Shown: positions 28,878 through 37,563 of the stretch, piece after piece
Position numbering within the stretch: position 1 is the first letter of the stretch
Layout: each line of letters starts with the position of its first letter
DNA from: Candidatus Bathyarchaeota archaeon JdFR-07
GTDB lineage: Archaea; Thermoproteota; Bathyarchaeia; Bathyarchaeales; Bathycorpusculaceae
Direction of reading: 5' to 3'
Assembly (NCBI GenBank): GCA_002010975.1
Contig: MTLU01000043.1
Span: 1 to 55,273, forward strand
Length of the DNA stretch: 55,273 nt
Notes under the pieces: model-generated
Told to the model about the DNA's origin: nothing
The model's database searches: none
The model's input: the letters and a program-made list of their open reading frames with translations, nothing else
Program-made: the position numbers and the translations under genes

Positions 28878-29321
28878 TTATAGATAGCCGATTTTCCAAT
28901 GCAGCTTCTTGCCGCAATTTGGACACTGCCAGCGTTTTTCTTGAATCTTAAGCCACTCATCAACTCCCAAATTCTTCATCTCTCTCAGGTTATCAATTAC
29001 TGCCGTATGATGTGCTCTGCCGTCACGCGAAAAATCCTCCAACTTCTTACATGGGAATTCAGAACATTCAAAACACCACGTAACCCCTTTCTCCTTCGCA
29101 CATCTGCGGAATTCGCAATCGCGGGAATCTGGCGGCAGATATACCCTGTAGTTGACGGATAAACAGCCATCACAAGCAACTTTTTCTACAGGAATATTCC
29201 CGGCTGCGGCAAGTTTTTGCAGCAATGCAAAGTCTTTGTCTTTGTAGGCGCGGTAAACATGGCAAGCGCCGCAGTATAATCCGCAGATGCCAGCCAACTC
29301 CATCAATTCAAATTCCACCAT
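28878..29321 (-). CDS. DUF3795 Cys-rich protein, C-terminal zinc ribbon apparently truncated
   Basis: CGLYCGAC, CDGC, CEFRRCA, CFECSEFPC. It ends after a single CPNC pair. Confidence 0.8.
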   Translation of the reverse strand: MVEFELMELAGICGLYCGACHVYRAYKDKDFALLQKLAAAGNIPVEKVACDGCLSVNYRVYLPPDSRDCEFRRCAKEKGVTWCFECSEFPCKKLEDFSRDGRAHHTAVIDNLREMKNLGVDEWLKIQEKRWQCPNCGKKLHWKIGYL

Positions 29322-29491
29322 ATTGCCTTTGAACCATTGATATTAAAATACATTTTCCGAAAACCAAGTATACGAACATGAAGGAACCGATTTTTGTGTC
29401 TTGACACCCCAAGCTTTCTGGCTATTTGCGCATTAGTTAGCATGGGCTGTTCAATAAGCAGTTGAATAAGTTGTCTGTCCTTTTCTGTCAC
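29303..29491 (-). pseudogene. Truncated Lrp/AsnC-type HTH regulator
   Basis: TEKDRQLIQLL..PMLTNAQIARKLGVSR, after which the sequence loses resemblance; there is no ligand-binding domain. Confidence 0.6.
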
Positions 29492-29535
29492 ATTTCTCCC
29501 ATTTGATGTTCTGCAACAACTAATAAATCCTTAAG

Positions 29536-29552
29536 GGTTGACGTCGTCAACC
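29536..29552. promoter_or_regulatory. Perfect palindrome in a divergent promoter; probable operator
   Basis: GGTTGACG-T-CGTCAACC lies between the HTH remnant and the GNAT gene. Confidence 0.6.
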
Positions 29553-29600
29553 TCAATGAATAATAGTATATCTGATGTCGATACTGTGAGGTGAGAAAAC

Positions 29601-29945
29601 ATGAAAATAAGAAAGATAGCACTTTCTGAGTTGGATCAGATTTCAAGGTTGCTTGTTAAGCAGTATCCAGGTCAAGAATTTGATGAAGTGAAGGAACACA
29701 CTGAGTGGCATCTTAAGGGCTTTCCAGAAATATGCCTTGCAGCTGAAGAAAACAGCGAAATCGTAGGCTTCATAATTTCACATTTACATGAAAACACCTT
29801 GGAAATCGAAGAACTTTACGCAGCAAAGGGTCATGAAACCACATGGAAACCACTAATAAACGAAGTGCTCAAGAAAATTCCGAAAGTTAACACAGTAACC
29901 ATATGGATGGAAAATTTTAGAGAACTCATCAAGCAACTAAGATAA
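29601..29945 (+). CDS. GNAT-fold protein (short or degenerate)
   Basis: MKIRKI...LAAEENSEIVGFI...LEIEELY. It lacks a canonical R/QxxGxG motif. GAGGTGA Shine-Dalgarno upstream. Confidence 0.7.
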   Translation: MKIRKIALSELDQISRLLVKQYPGQEFDEVKEHTEWHLKGFPEICLAAEENSEIVGFIISHLHENTLEIEELYAAKGHETTWKPLINEVLKKIPKVNTVTIWMENFRELIKQLR

Positions 29946-30006
29946 AAGGCCTTGCACATCTCTTCATGATAGATGCCCTAATGCCTCCAGTTCATATCCT
30001 TAACTA

Positions 30007-30640
30007 TCAATTTTTAACCCTTTTATTTCGATTTCTCCGTCTTTCTCGATTAGAATATGTATTTTCCCCATCTGTGCAAACATCCACTTCCTTTCCTTCC
30101 CAGCTCTTTGGTATGAGAAGAAGATTAGTCGATTCAAAGCAATTGCTCGATCTTTCACATCAAGTTTCTCCAATTCCTTACTAATAGAACTGCCTCAATG
30201 CTTCCAAGCACAAGACATGTTGATCCTATGATTTTTGTCCAAAGGACTTTACATTCGATATGTGCCTTACACTCCTTTATTCTTGGAGGCTTCACCTGTT
30301 CTGATGGAAGTGCTGTTAAATTTGCCTCTTCCAATTCATTCGTTCCATATGGAAAATGCTTCTGTGTCACCCATATTTCTCTGATCATATCAGCGCTAGG
30401 GATGTTTACAACAAATTCTCTGGTTTCTATAACATTTCTATAAGTATCGTGCTTTATGTTAACTGAGAAAAGAAGTTGAGGAGGATTGTAATCAACTACG
30501 GTGACCCAGCCATGTGGAGCAGCATTTATTGATCCATCCTTGCCGACTGTTGTAATTAAGGTAACAGGATTAAACCCCAATAATTGAAGAGCCCCCTTAT
30601 CTATAGGCAAACTAAGTTTATCGCCCAAGATACCCACCAT
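30007..30640 (-). pseudogene. Flavin reductase (DIM6/NTAB) family gene with a one-base frameshift near 30188
   Basis: PVTLITT..NAAP, HDTYRNV...EFVVNI, VKPPRIKEC..HIEC. A shifted frame continues SISKELEKLDVKDR...KRVKN* to 30007. Confidence 0.75.
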
Positions 30641-30893
30641 TCTTAATTTAGCTTTTAGGTCTAAATATCTAACTGAGATAAGCTTCGTATCGCTTACCAG
30701 TGCTAAGATCTTGCTCAGGGTCTTTTAGGACATTGTAGCGCCTGGGTTAGGTTAAAAACTCGGTTTTTCTCGGGATTGTGTGAACCAAGGATTCGTTTAG
30801 AGGCTGTATATACACGCAAACTCAACCGTATACGTTTTAAATTTAGGAACCATTTTATCGGGTGAACTGTTGGAAACAGTAAGGGTGTAGCAA

Positions 30894-31622
30894 ATGAAAA
30901 TTCTTGTTTGTTTAGAGGTTGGCTTGGGCGGGACTGGAGCTTTTGTTCCAAAGTGTCCTGGTTGCTGGGTTTTTGGAAGAACTCCTGAAAGTGCCTTAAG
31001 GAAAGTTAGGGCTGCTGTGGTTGAGTGGGTTGAGTGGCTGAGAAGGCATGGCGAACGCCCTCGTATCAAGGCCGATGAAATAGAAGTCGTAGAAGGCGAG
31101 ATTCTCCGCGTCACTTACAATCCGGTAGAGGCTGATAAGCCTGAGCCATTGTTTTGGTCAGAGGTTCTCCCGATTGGTAGTAAAGAGATTGAAAGGACAA
31201 TACGGTTGATGAGATATTCCCGCAGCGACTTGTTAAAACTTGTTTCCGCCTTAGACGAAGAAGCCCTTGATTGGCAACCGCCTGAAAAGCCTCGTACGAT
31301 CCGAAACTGTTTGAGACACATAGGAATTGCAGAATGGTGGTACATCACACGTCTTGACATAGATTTACCTGAGGAATTTCCAGAAGATGCTTTCGAATTA
31401 CTTCATTCTACAAGAGAAACTGCACTATATAACTTGCAAAATCTACCAAAAGAGAAGTGGAGTGGAATCTTCCAGCCAAGGAAGCATGTGGCCCCGGAAG
31501 CGGCAGTCTGCAATCTCTGGACCGCTAGAAAAATGCTAAGAAGACTTGTTGATCATGAAAGGTTACATACAAAATACATTGAGAAAGTCCTAAAAATGTA
31601 CCAAAATAGAAAGCAACAGTAG
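30894..31622 (+). CDS. HicB-like N-terminal domain fused to a DinB-like domain
   Basis: AFVPKCPGCWVFGRTPESAL (HicB-like); RTIRNCLRHIGIAEWWY and WTARKMLRRLVDHERLH (DinB His motifs). Confidence 0.8.
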   Translation: MKILVCLEVGLGGTGAFVPKCPGCWVFGRTPESALRKVRAAVVEWVEWLRRHGERPRIKADEIEVVEGEILRVTYNPVEADKPEPLFWSEVLPIGSKEIERTIRLMRYSRSDLLKLVSALDEEALDWQPPEKPRTIRNCLRHIGIAEWWYITRLDIDLPEEFPEDAFELLHSTRETALYNLQNLPKEKWSGIFQPRKHVAPEAAVCNLWTARKMLRRLVDHERLHTKYIEKVLKMYQNRKQQ

Positions 31623-31691
31623 ATTCAATAGGCTAATTCTATGGTTTATCTAAGAAAAGCCTCGAAAAACGCTTAAAATGCTGAGATAAGA

Positions 31692-31823
31692 TGGCGCCGG
31701 GGAAGGGATTCGAACCCCTGCGAGCCCAAAGGCCCACTGGCTTACTTGTCCTTTATCCTAGCCCCTTTATGTTAGGTAGATTAGATCTCGAGGCCAGCGC
31801 GTTAACCACTCCGCCACCCCGGC
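31692..31823 (-). tRNA. tRNA-Ser(CGA) with a 44-nt intron at canonical position 37/38 and genome-encoded CCA
   Basis: Minus strand reads GCCGGGGTGGCGGAGTGGTTAACGCGCTGGCCT-CGA-G [intron 31743-31786] AGCCAG, a long variable arm, then GGGGTTCGAATCCCTTCCCCGGCGCCA. Confidence 0.93.
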
Positions 31824-31859
31824 AAAAGAAAGAAAGCACCTAGTATTCTAAAAGTGTTT

Positions 31860-32687
31860 TCACACATTCTTCTTTAACAAGGATGGAAATAGCCATTTCT
31901 TCCTTCTCTTCTGTTTTCCCTTGTCCCAATCAAACAATATTTTCACTGCTTCGTTAGCTACTTTGATGGCGTTTTCCTCACCTGCCCCTTCTTTAAACTG
32001 ATTTGTACATCTATTAGCATAAACAGCACAAACAGCTCCAGCTCTAAGCCCATAAAGGCTTGCCAAAGTGAACAACGTTGCAGCTTCCATCTCAAAATTT
32101 AAAATTCCAGCCTCTTGAAGAAACCCAAATAAATAGCCAGCCGTTCCAGTGCAACCTCCCGGCAAGCTCCTGCTTTGTCCAGCATAAAAATCCGCAGTAG
32201 TAGCTGTCACGCCAACATGATAATTATCTATGCCCAAACTTTCAGCTGCTTCAATCAAGGCCAACAAAACCTCATAATTAGCAATGGCTGGATATTCAGG
32301 AACAACATAACAGTTACTTACATAGTCCAGACGAACTGCAGCAGTAGAAATAATCAAATCCCCACACTCAACCTCTTTTCTTATAGCGCCAGTACTCCCC
32401 ACACGAATAAACGTTTGAACCCCAATACTCGCAGCCTCATTGACCACAATAGCCATACAAGCTGGACCAATACCACTAGACAAAGCAGAAACAGAAACCC
32501 CTTTGTATTTACCAGTGAAACTACGAAATTCTCGGCGAAGAGAAATCTCTTTAGCGGAATCCCAATATTCAACGATCTTTGGAACACGATCCGGATCGCC
32601 CGGTATCAGTAAAAACTTTGCTAAGTCGCCCTTTCTGCAATTAATATGATATTGTCTATCCCTGTGAAAAGCGTGAGGCATTGTCAT
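31860..32687 (-). CDS. udp: Uridine phosphorylase
   Basis: QYHI, PGDPDRV, REFRSFTG, GIGPA, RVGSTGA, FYAGQ, NFEMEAA. Confidence 0.9.
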   Translation of the reverse strand: MTMPHAFHRDRQYHINCRKGDLAKFLLIPGDPDRVPKIVEYWDSAKEISLRREFRSFTGKYKGVSVSALSSGIGPACMAIVVNEAASIGVQTFIRVGSTGAIRKEVECGDLIISTAAVRLDYVSNCYVVPEYPAIANYEVLLALIEAAESLGIDNYHVGVTATTADFYAGQSRSLPGGCTGTAGYLFGFLQEAGILNFEMEAATLFTLASLYGLRAGAVCAVYANRCTNQFKEGAGEENAIKVANEAVKILFDWDKGKQKRRKKWLFPSLLKKNV

Positions 32688-32725
32688 ACCACAATTAAGA
32701 TTAAGCTTTCACCATTTAATAATTA

Positions 32726-33028
32726 ATGCTAAAGCCTTCGGAGAAAACAGTATTGGGCAAAGAAGATAGAAGAACAAAATATGATATTTATGCTGATGTA
32801 ATAGAAGCCATTGCAAGAAAGGGAGTTTGTTCTCTGACAAGGGTGTCTTATGGAGCAAACATGCCTGTAGATAGAGCCAAGAAAATTTTGGCTTTTCTTG
32901 TTTCCCATGGCTTTGTAAAAGAAGTTATTGCTGGCGGACGTAAAAAATATCGAGTTACAAGGTGGGGTTTAGAATTTTTAGAGACTTACAAGCGAATGCA
33001 GAAGTTTTTTGCAGCCTTAAAGAAGTAG
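32726..33028 (+). CDS. Archaeal winged-helix transcriptional regulator
   Basis: RRTKYDIYADVI, TRVSYGANM, YRVTRWGLEFL. Confidence 0.85.
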   Translation: MLKPSEKTVLGKEDRRTKYDIYADVIEAIARKGVCSLTRVSYGANMPVDRAKKILAFLVSHGFVKEVIAGGRKKYRVTRWGLEFLETYKRMQKFFAALKK

Positions 33029-33121
33029 ATTAAAGATAGTCACAATTTGTGCTCACAGATTGACCTCTCTGTAGGCGCACTATCTTTTAAAGCCTTTAAT
33101 ACGATCTATTCTCACGAATGA

Positions 33122-34363
33122 TTGTATGGAAAGGATGAGAAATTGAGTAAAGATATTTCAATACCTGAGCATGAAACTTTAACTTTAGATATTGTTGAAG
33201 GGAACCTCTCACTAGGCAAACATGCAAGTGTAAAAAGTAAGGAAAAACTATCTGCTCTAAAAGTTTCTAAAACAATTTATTGTGAAGGAAATAACGTCTT
33301 CGAATGCGATATTTCGGCCAGAAGCTTAGAAGCTGATGGTGACGTAATAGTTTATGGAAATTTGACTATAGAGAACAGCATAAGAGTAGAAGATGGGCGA
33401 CTAGAAGTACATGGCAATATGTCCGCTAAGAGAGTTGAAGTAGACAACGTTCTTTATGTTAGAGAAAATTTAACGGTAGAGGAAGTAGATGTAGGGGGAA
33501 GTTTAAAAGTTGGTAACAACGTAAAGGCAAAGGAAATTGATGTTGGAGGAAGCTTCAAAAGCAAAGGAGAAACTGTTGTTGAAAAGATGGATGTAGGGGG
33601 AAGCGTTTCAATAGAGTCCAAAGCCCAAATAATCGAGTTACGAGTCGGAGGAAAAGTGAAGGTTAATGGCGGCAAGATTAACCGCATAGATATAGGTGGA
33701 AGCTTCGAATCAGAAGCTTCGCTAGAATTTGATAGAATAGAAGTGGGAGGAACCGTTCGCTTATCTGGCAATAACAAAGGGTCGGAAATAGAAGTAGGCG
33801 GTTCTTTTAAAAACGTGGGCAATTTAGAGTTTGAAAAAATAGAAGTAGGCGGTAAAGTGGAAATTTCTGGTTCTGGTAAAGGTCAAGAAATTGATGTTGG
33901 AGGTAAAGTAAAAGTAAGCGAATCTTTAACCCTTTCAGGAAATCTTGAAGTTGGAGGTAAAATTGAAGCAGGGAAAGAAATATCCGCAAAAAACATTGAA
34001 GTAGGTGGAGTTTTAGAGGCACAGAAAGTAGATGCAGAAAACCGCGTAGAAGTTGGAGGTCTAATAGCAACAAAAGAAGGCGTAATCGCACGTTTTGTAA
34101 GTATAGGAAAAAAAGGAGCAGTTAGAGGTTTAATAAAAGCAGAGAGAATTGTTGTTGGAAAAGAAGCGAGAGTGGAAAATCTCTATGGAAAAGAAGTGTA
34201 CCTCAAAAAGGGAGCTATTGCAGATAACATTTATGGCGAACGTGTTACAATTGAATCTTACTGCCACATATACGGTGAACTACGCTACACTAACGAGTTA
34301 AGAATAAAGGAAAATGTTTCATTGGCTACACAACCTAAAAAAGTAAACAAAATTCCCGTTTAG
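33122..34363 (+). CDS. Bactofilin-like / polymer-forming cytoskeletal beta-helix repeat protein
   Basis: About 12 (D/E/R)(V/I)GG repeats at ~17 aa spacing; rich in V/I/G/E/K. Confidence 0.75.
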   Translation: MYGKDEKLSKDISIPEHETLTLDIVEGNLSLGKHASVKSKEKLSALKVSKTIYCEGNNVFECDISARSLEADGDVIVYGNLTIENSIRVEDGRLEVHGNMSAKRVEVDNVLYVRENLTVEEVDVGGSLKVGNNVKAKEIDVGGSFKSKGETVVEKMDVGGSVSIESKAQIIELRVGGKVKVNGGKINRIDIGGSFESEASLEFDRIEVGGTVRLSGNNKGSEIEVGGSFKNVGNLEFEKIEVGGKVEISGSGKGQEIDVGGKVKVSESLTLSGNLEVGGKIEAGKEISAKNIEVGGVLEAQKVDAENRVEVGGLIATKEGVIARFVSIGKKGAVRGLIKAERIVVGKEARVENLYGKEVYLKKGAIADNIYGERVTIESYCHIYGELRYTNELRIKENVSLATQPKKVNKIPV

Positions 34364-34368
34364 ATTCC

Positions 34369-35367
34369 TTATGCCTTTTTGGGCATAACTAAGTCGGCAA
34401 TATCAACACTATGCTCATAAACCTGCCTCAAAAATGAAGCTATTGCCAAAGTTTGAGGCACAACTTCCAAGGACTGTTCTCTAGCAACTTTTTCTACGTC
34501 AGCAAAAGCTTTGTCTATTTTTCCTCTCATACCCCTAACATTTTCCGCCAACGTAATATTACCAGAGAAGAAGGCTTTCAAAGCATTTTCATGGGCCTCA
34601 TAACATATAGTATGAAAATTAATGAACATTTTTTTAAGTTCCTCAGTTAACGTTTTTCCCTCCAGCTCCATAATCTTTAATGCGATACGTACACATTCGT
34701 CTCCAATCGCTTCTACAAGACTTGAAGCCAAACGGTAATCAATACATTCTATAGGGCTGATGCCTAGCTTATCGCTTAAGTTTGGGTTTTGAATTATTGT
34801 GCGCAAAATTCGAACCAGTAGAAAATATAGCCTGTTACTTTCGTCATCACGTACTATAACACTTTTGGCTAGTTGTACATCCTTATTTACAAAAGAATTA
34901 ATGACGTCTCGATGCATCCCCGCTACTATTGCATAACTTCGTCGAAGAATTTTATCTGGAGGAAAGCTGGAAGGCTCCAGTAAACACTGTAAAATAATTT
35001 TTGAGTAATCTTCTTCAACAATTTCAAGTCCTACAAGGCTTCTCACACTTTTTTTCACAACATCTCTAATCTCAAAGCTAACGCGTTCCTTTGCCTCCAC
35101 ACGAATAATGTCAAACCCAAGCAAATAAGCTCCTAAAATTTCACGACTTAAATATGGTCCAGGCTTAATGCTCATAACACGAAGTGAAGGCTTAACACCA
35201 TGTTCAGGATCTATGAGAAGCTTACCGTCACTAGTTTCCCTGAAAGCAACAACGCTACCTCGCTTAAGGCGATATCTTTCAGCCCACGCCTTAGGAAGAC
35301 AGACAAAAAAAGTCCCCCCTGGAGTTTGTTGAACTTTACGCAATTCACTCACTTTACATCGCCACAC
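34369..35367 (-). CDS. AbrB-PhoU phosphate uptake regulator
   Basis: RKVQQTPGGTFFVCLPKAWA (AbrB), GLEIVEE, and two PhoU helical repeats. Confidence 0.9.
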   Translation of the reverse strand: MWRCKVSELRKVQQTPGGTFFVCLPKAWAERYRLKRGSVVAFRETSDGKLLIDPEHGVKPSLRVMSIKPGPYLSREILGAYLLGFDIIRVEAKERVSFEIRDVVKKSVRSLVGLEIVEEDYSKIILQCLLEPSSFPPDKILRRSYAIVAGMHRDVINSFVNKDVQLAKSVIVRDDESNRLYFLLVRILRTIIQNPNLSDKLGISPIECIDYRLASSLVEAIGDECVRIALKIMELEGKTLTEELKKMFINFHTICYEAHENALKAFFSGNITLAENVRGMRGKIDKAFADVEKVAREQSLEVVPQTLAIASFLRQVYEHSVDIADLVMPKKA

Positions 35368-35446
35368 CTAAAACTAATTCGAAACTGCAATATTAACACA
35401 TATAGACAAAAACCTTCTATACAGATTTAAGCATAAGTATTGAAAA

Positions 35447-36034
35447 ATGTCTACCGAAATCATAATAGGTATAGATCTAGCTGGAAAAAAAGAAAATCCT
35501 ACAGGGATAGCTTTATTAAAAAAACTTAGAGTGACGACAAATATTGTATATACAAATGCGGAAATTTTAGAAATCATCACCCATAAGCATCCCATAGTCA
35601 CTGCAATAGATGCACCCCTAAGTCTTCCAAAAAAAGGGTCGCTAAGAAGAGCTGATAGAGAAATGATAAAAAGAGGATACAAGGTTTTTCCACCTAGCTT
35701 ACCAGCCATGATGCAATTAACACTGCGTGGCATAGAAATAAACAAGTTAATAACGGAAAAAGGCTATAAAACAATAGAGGTGCACCCTACATCCACCCGA
35801 AAAGCACTCAACATGCCACTAAAAGATTGGGAAGAAATTCAAAAAACTTTTAAAAAACTGGGGTTGAAAGGAGACGTTCAGTTAAGAATGTTAAAAAATC
35901 ATGAAATTGACGCGGTAACTTCCGCATTAACAGCATTTCTTTACATAAATTGCCAAACAGAAGCTATAGGGAATACAGAAGAAGGATACATAATAGTGCC
36001 GAAAAAAACAGATTGGAGAACCATACGCTTATGA
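35447..36034 (+). CDS. DUF429 family predicted nuclease (RNase H fold)
   Basis: IGIDLAG, AIDAPLSLP, IEVHP, HEIDA. Confidence 0.85.
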   Translation: MSTEIIIGIDLAGKKENPTGIALLKKLRVTTNIVYTNAEILEIITHKHPIVTAIDAPLSLPKKGSLRRADREMIKRGYKVFPPSLPAMMQLTLRGIEINKLITEKGYKTIEVHPTSTRKALNMPLKDWEEIQKTFKKLGLKGDVQLRMLKNHEIDAVTSALTAFLYINCQTEAIGNTEEGYIIVPKKTDWRTIRL

Positions 36035-37563
36035 ACGAAAACGAAAAACTTCAAAAAGCTGTCGAACTGGCAATCACCTCAGGATACCAGCTTGAAAAAG
36101 ACGCTTTCGAATTCTTAACAACTATAGCCACAACAACAGACCCCACAGAAATTATGAGCAAAGCTATGCAAAAAATAGAAAATCTTAAAGAAAAGCCACT
36201 CTTCATTTGTAGAACCATATTAGAAGAATTATCAAAGAAAACAAAAACTGCGGAGGAAGTGATCCCTACACTTGAAGAAGTTCAAGCAATAGAAGGAAAG
36301 AGCAAAATTCGTCCATTCGCAAAAGAGGTTGATCCAAGCATAAAAATAATTGAAGACCCTTCAAATAAATTAAACACAGGTGGAACACTTGAAGAGTACA
36401 TAGGATATTTTAGGGATCGCTTTAAGCGAATAGAAAAGTTGTTAAGGCAAAGACTAGACGTCAGGGCAGCCGCATCAATCATTGACGTCTTAAAGGCTCC
36501 AGCAAACACAAGATTAAAGATAATTTGCATGATAACAGAAAAAAGAGAGTCAGAACAGAAAACCTTGTTGACAATTGAAGATCTACATGCTAATGCCGTT
36601 GCACTTATACCCAAAAATGCAAATGAAGGGCTGCGAAAAAAAGCACGTCTCATTTTGCTGGATCAAGTCATTTGTCTAGGCGTCAGAAAAACAAGAAGTA
36701 ACCTTCTAATAGTTGAAGACATAATTTTTCCGGACATCCCTCAGAAAAGTCCTAAAAAAGCCTCACTGCCGGTCTATGCCGTTCTTACATCAGATCTCCA
36801 CGTTGGAAGCGCAAAGTTTCAGAGAGAAGCATTCAATCGGTTTATATTATGGCTTAACGGCAAATATGGAAATGAAAAGCTGAGGGAAATGGCAAGCCAT
36901 GTAAAATACGTTCTTATCGCCGGAGACATTGTAGATGGAATAGGGATTTACCCAAACCAGCTAAAAGAGTTGGCGGTAAAAGACATTTACGAACAGTATA
37001 AAATTGCAGCAAAATACTTAGAACAAATACCTGATTACATCGAAGTTATAATTATTCCTGGAAACCATGATGCTGTAAGAAAGGCCCTACCTCAACCTGC
37101 TATACCAAAAGAATTTCTGAGTTTATTGCAAGAAACAAGAAAAATTTATTCCCTTGGAAACCCATGTTTTCTAACTCTTCACAACGTGGAAGTATTATTA
37201 TATCACGGACGTAGCATAGATGATGTTTTATCAACGGTTCCAGGTGTAAACCATTCTAACCCTGAAAAGGCAATGAAAGTTCTCTTACAAAGCCGCCATT
37301 TGGCTCCGGTATATGGCAAAAAAACGCTTCTATCTCCAGAAGAAAAAGACTTTCTAATTATCAACAGGGTTCCAGATATTTTTCACGCAGGACATGTCCA
37401 CGTGTTGGGCTATACTAACTATAGAGGCGTTATGCTCGTAAACTCTGGAGGTTGGCAAGAACAAACAGATTATATGCGAAGACTAGGATTAATACCTACA
37501 CCCGGAAAGGTTCCTGTTGTAAACCTTCAAACCTTGGATATTACTGTAATTCCCTTCGCCTAA
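36031..37563 (+). CDS. polB: DNA polymerase D small (proofreading) subunit DP1
   Basis: YFRDRF, SDLHVGS, AGDIVDGIGIYPNQ, PGNHDA, YHGRS, RHLAP, HAGHVH. The ATG at 36031 overlaps the upstream TGA. Confidence 0.96.
   Translation: MNENEKLQKAVELAITSGYQLEKDAFEFLTTIATTTDPTEIMSKAMQKIENLKEKPLFICRTILEELSKKTKTAEEVIPTLEEVQAIEGKSKIRPFAKEVDPSIKIIEDPSNKLNTGGTLEEYIGYFRDRFKRIEKLLRQRLDVRAAASIIDVLKAPANTRLKIICMITEKRESEQKTLLTIEDLHANAVALIPKNANEGLRKKARLILLDQVICLGVRKTRSNLLIVEDIIFPDIPQKSPKKASLPVYAVLTSDLHVGSAKFQREAFNRFILWLNGKYGNEKLREMASHVKYVLIAGDIVDGIGIYPNQLKELAVKDIYEQYKIAAKYLEQIPDYIEVIIIPGNHDAVRKALPQPAIPKEFLSLLQETRKIYSLGNPCFLTLHNVEVLLYHGRSIDDVLSTVPGVNHSNPEKAMKVLLQSRHLAPVYGKKTLLSPEEKDFLIINRVPDIFHAGHVHVLGYTNYRGVMLVNSGGWQEQTDYMRRLGLIPTPGKVPVVNLQTLDITVIPFA

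Noticed and set aside
30715..31360. Minus-strand ORFs of 78, 105 and 81 aa
   Set aside because: They are antisense to the HicB-DinB gene and have no motifs.
31692..31823. tRNA with long variable arm as a possible tRNA-Sec or suppressor
   Set aside because: The anticodon reads CGA with a normal 7-bp acceptor stem and a canonical intron position, so it is an ordinary tRNA-Ser.
33480..34060. Recurring GTAGG/GTTGGAGG nucleotide repeats resembling an array
   Set aside because: They are explained by the VGG protein repeats. There are no identical repeats with unique spacers, so this is not CRISPR.
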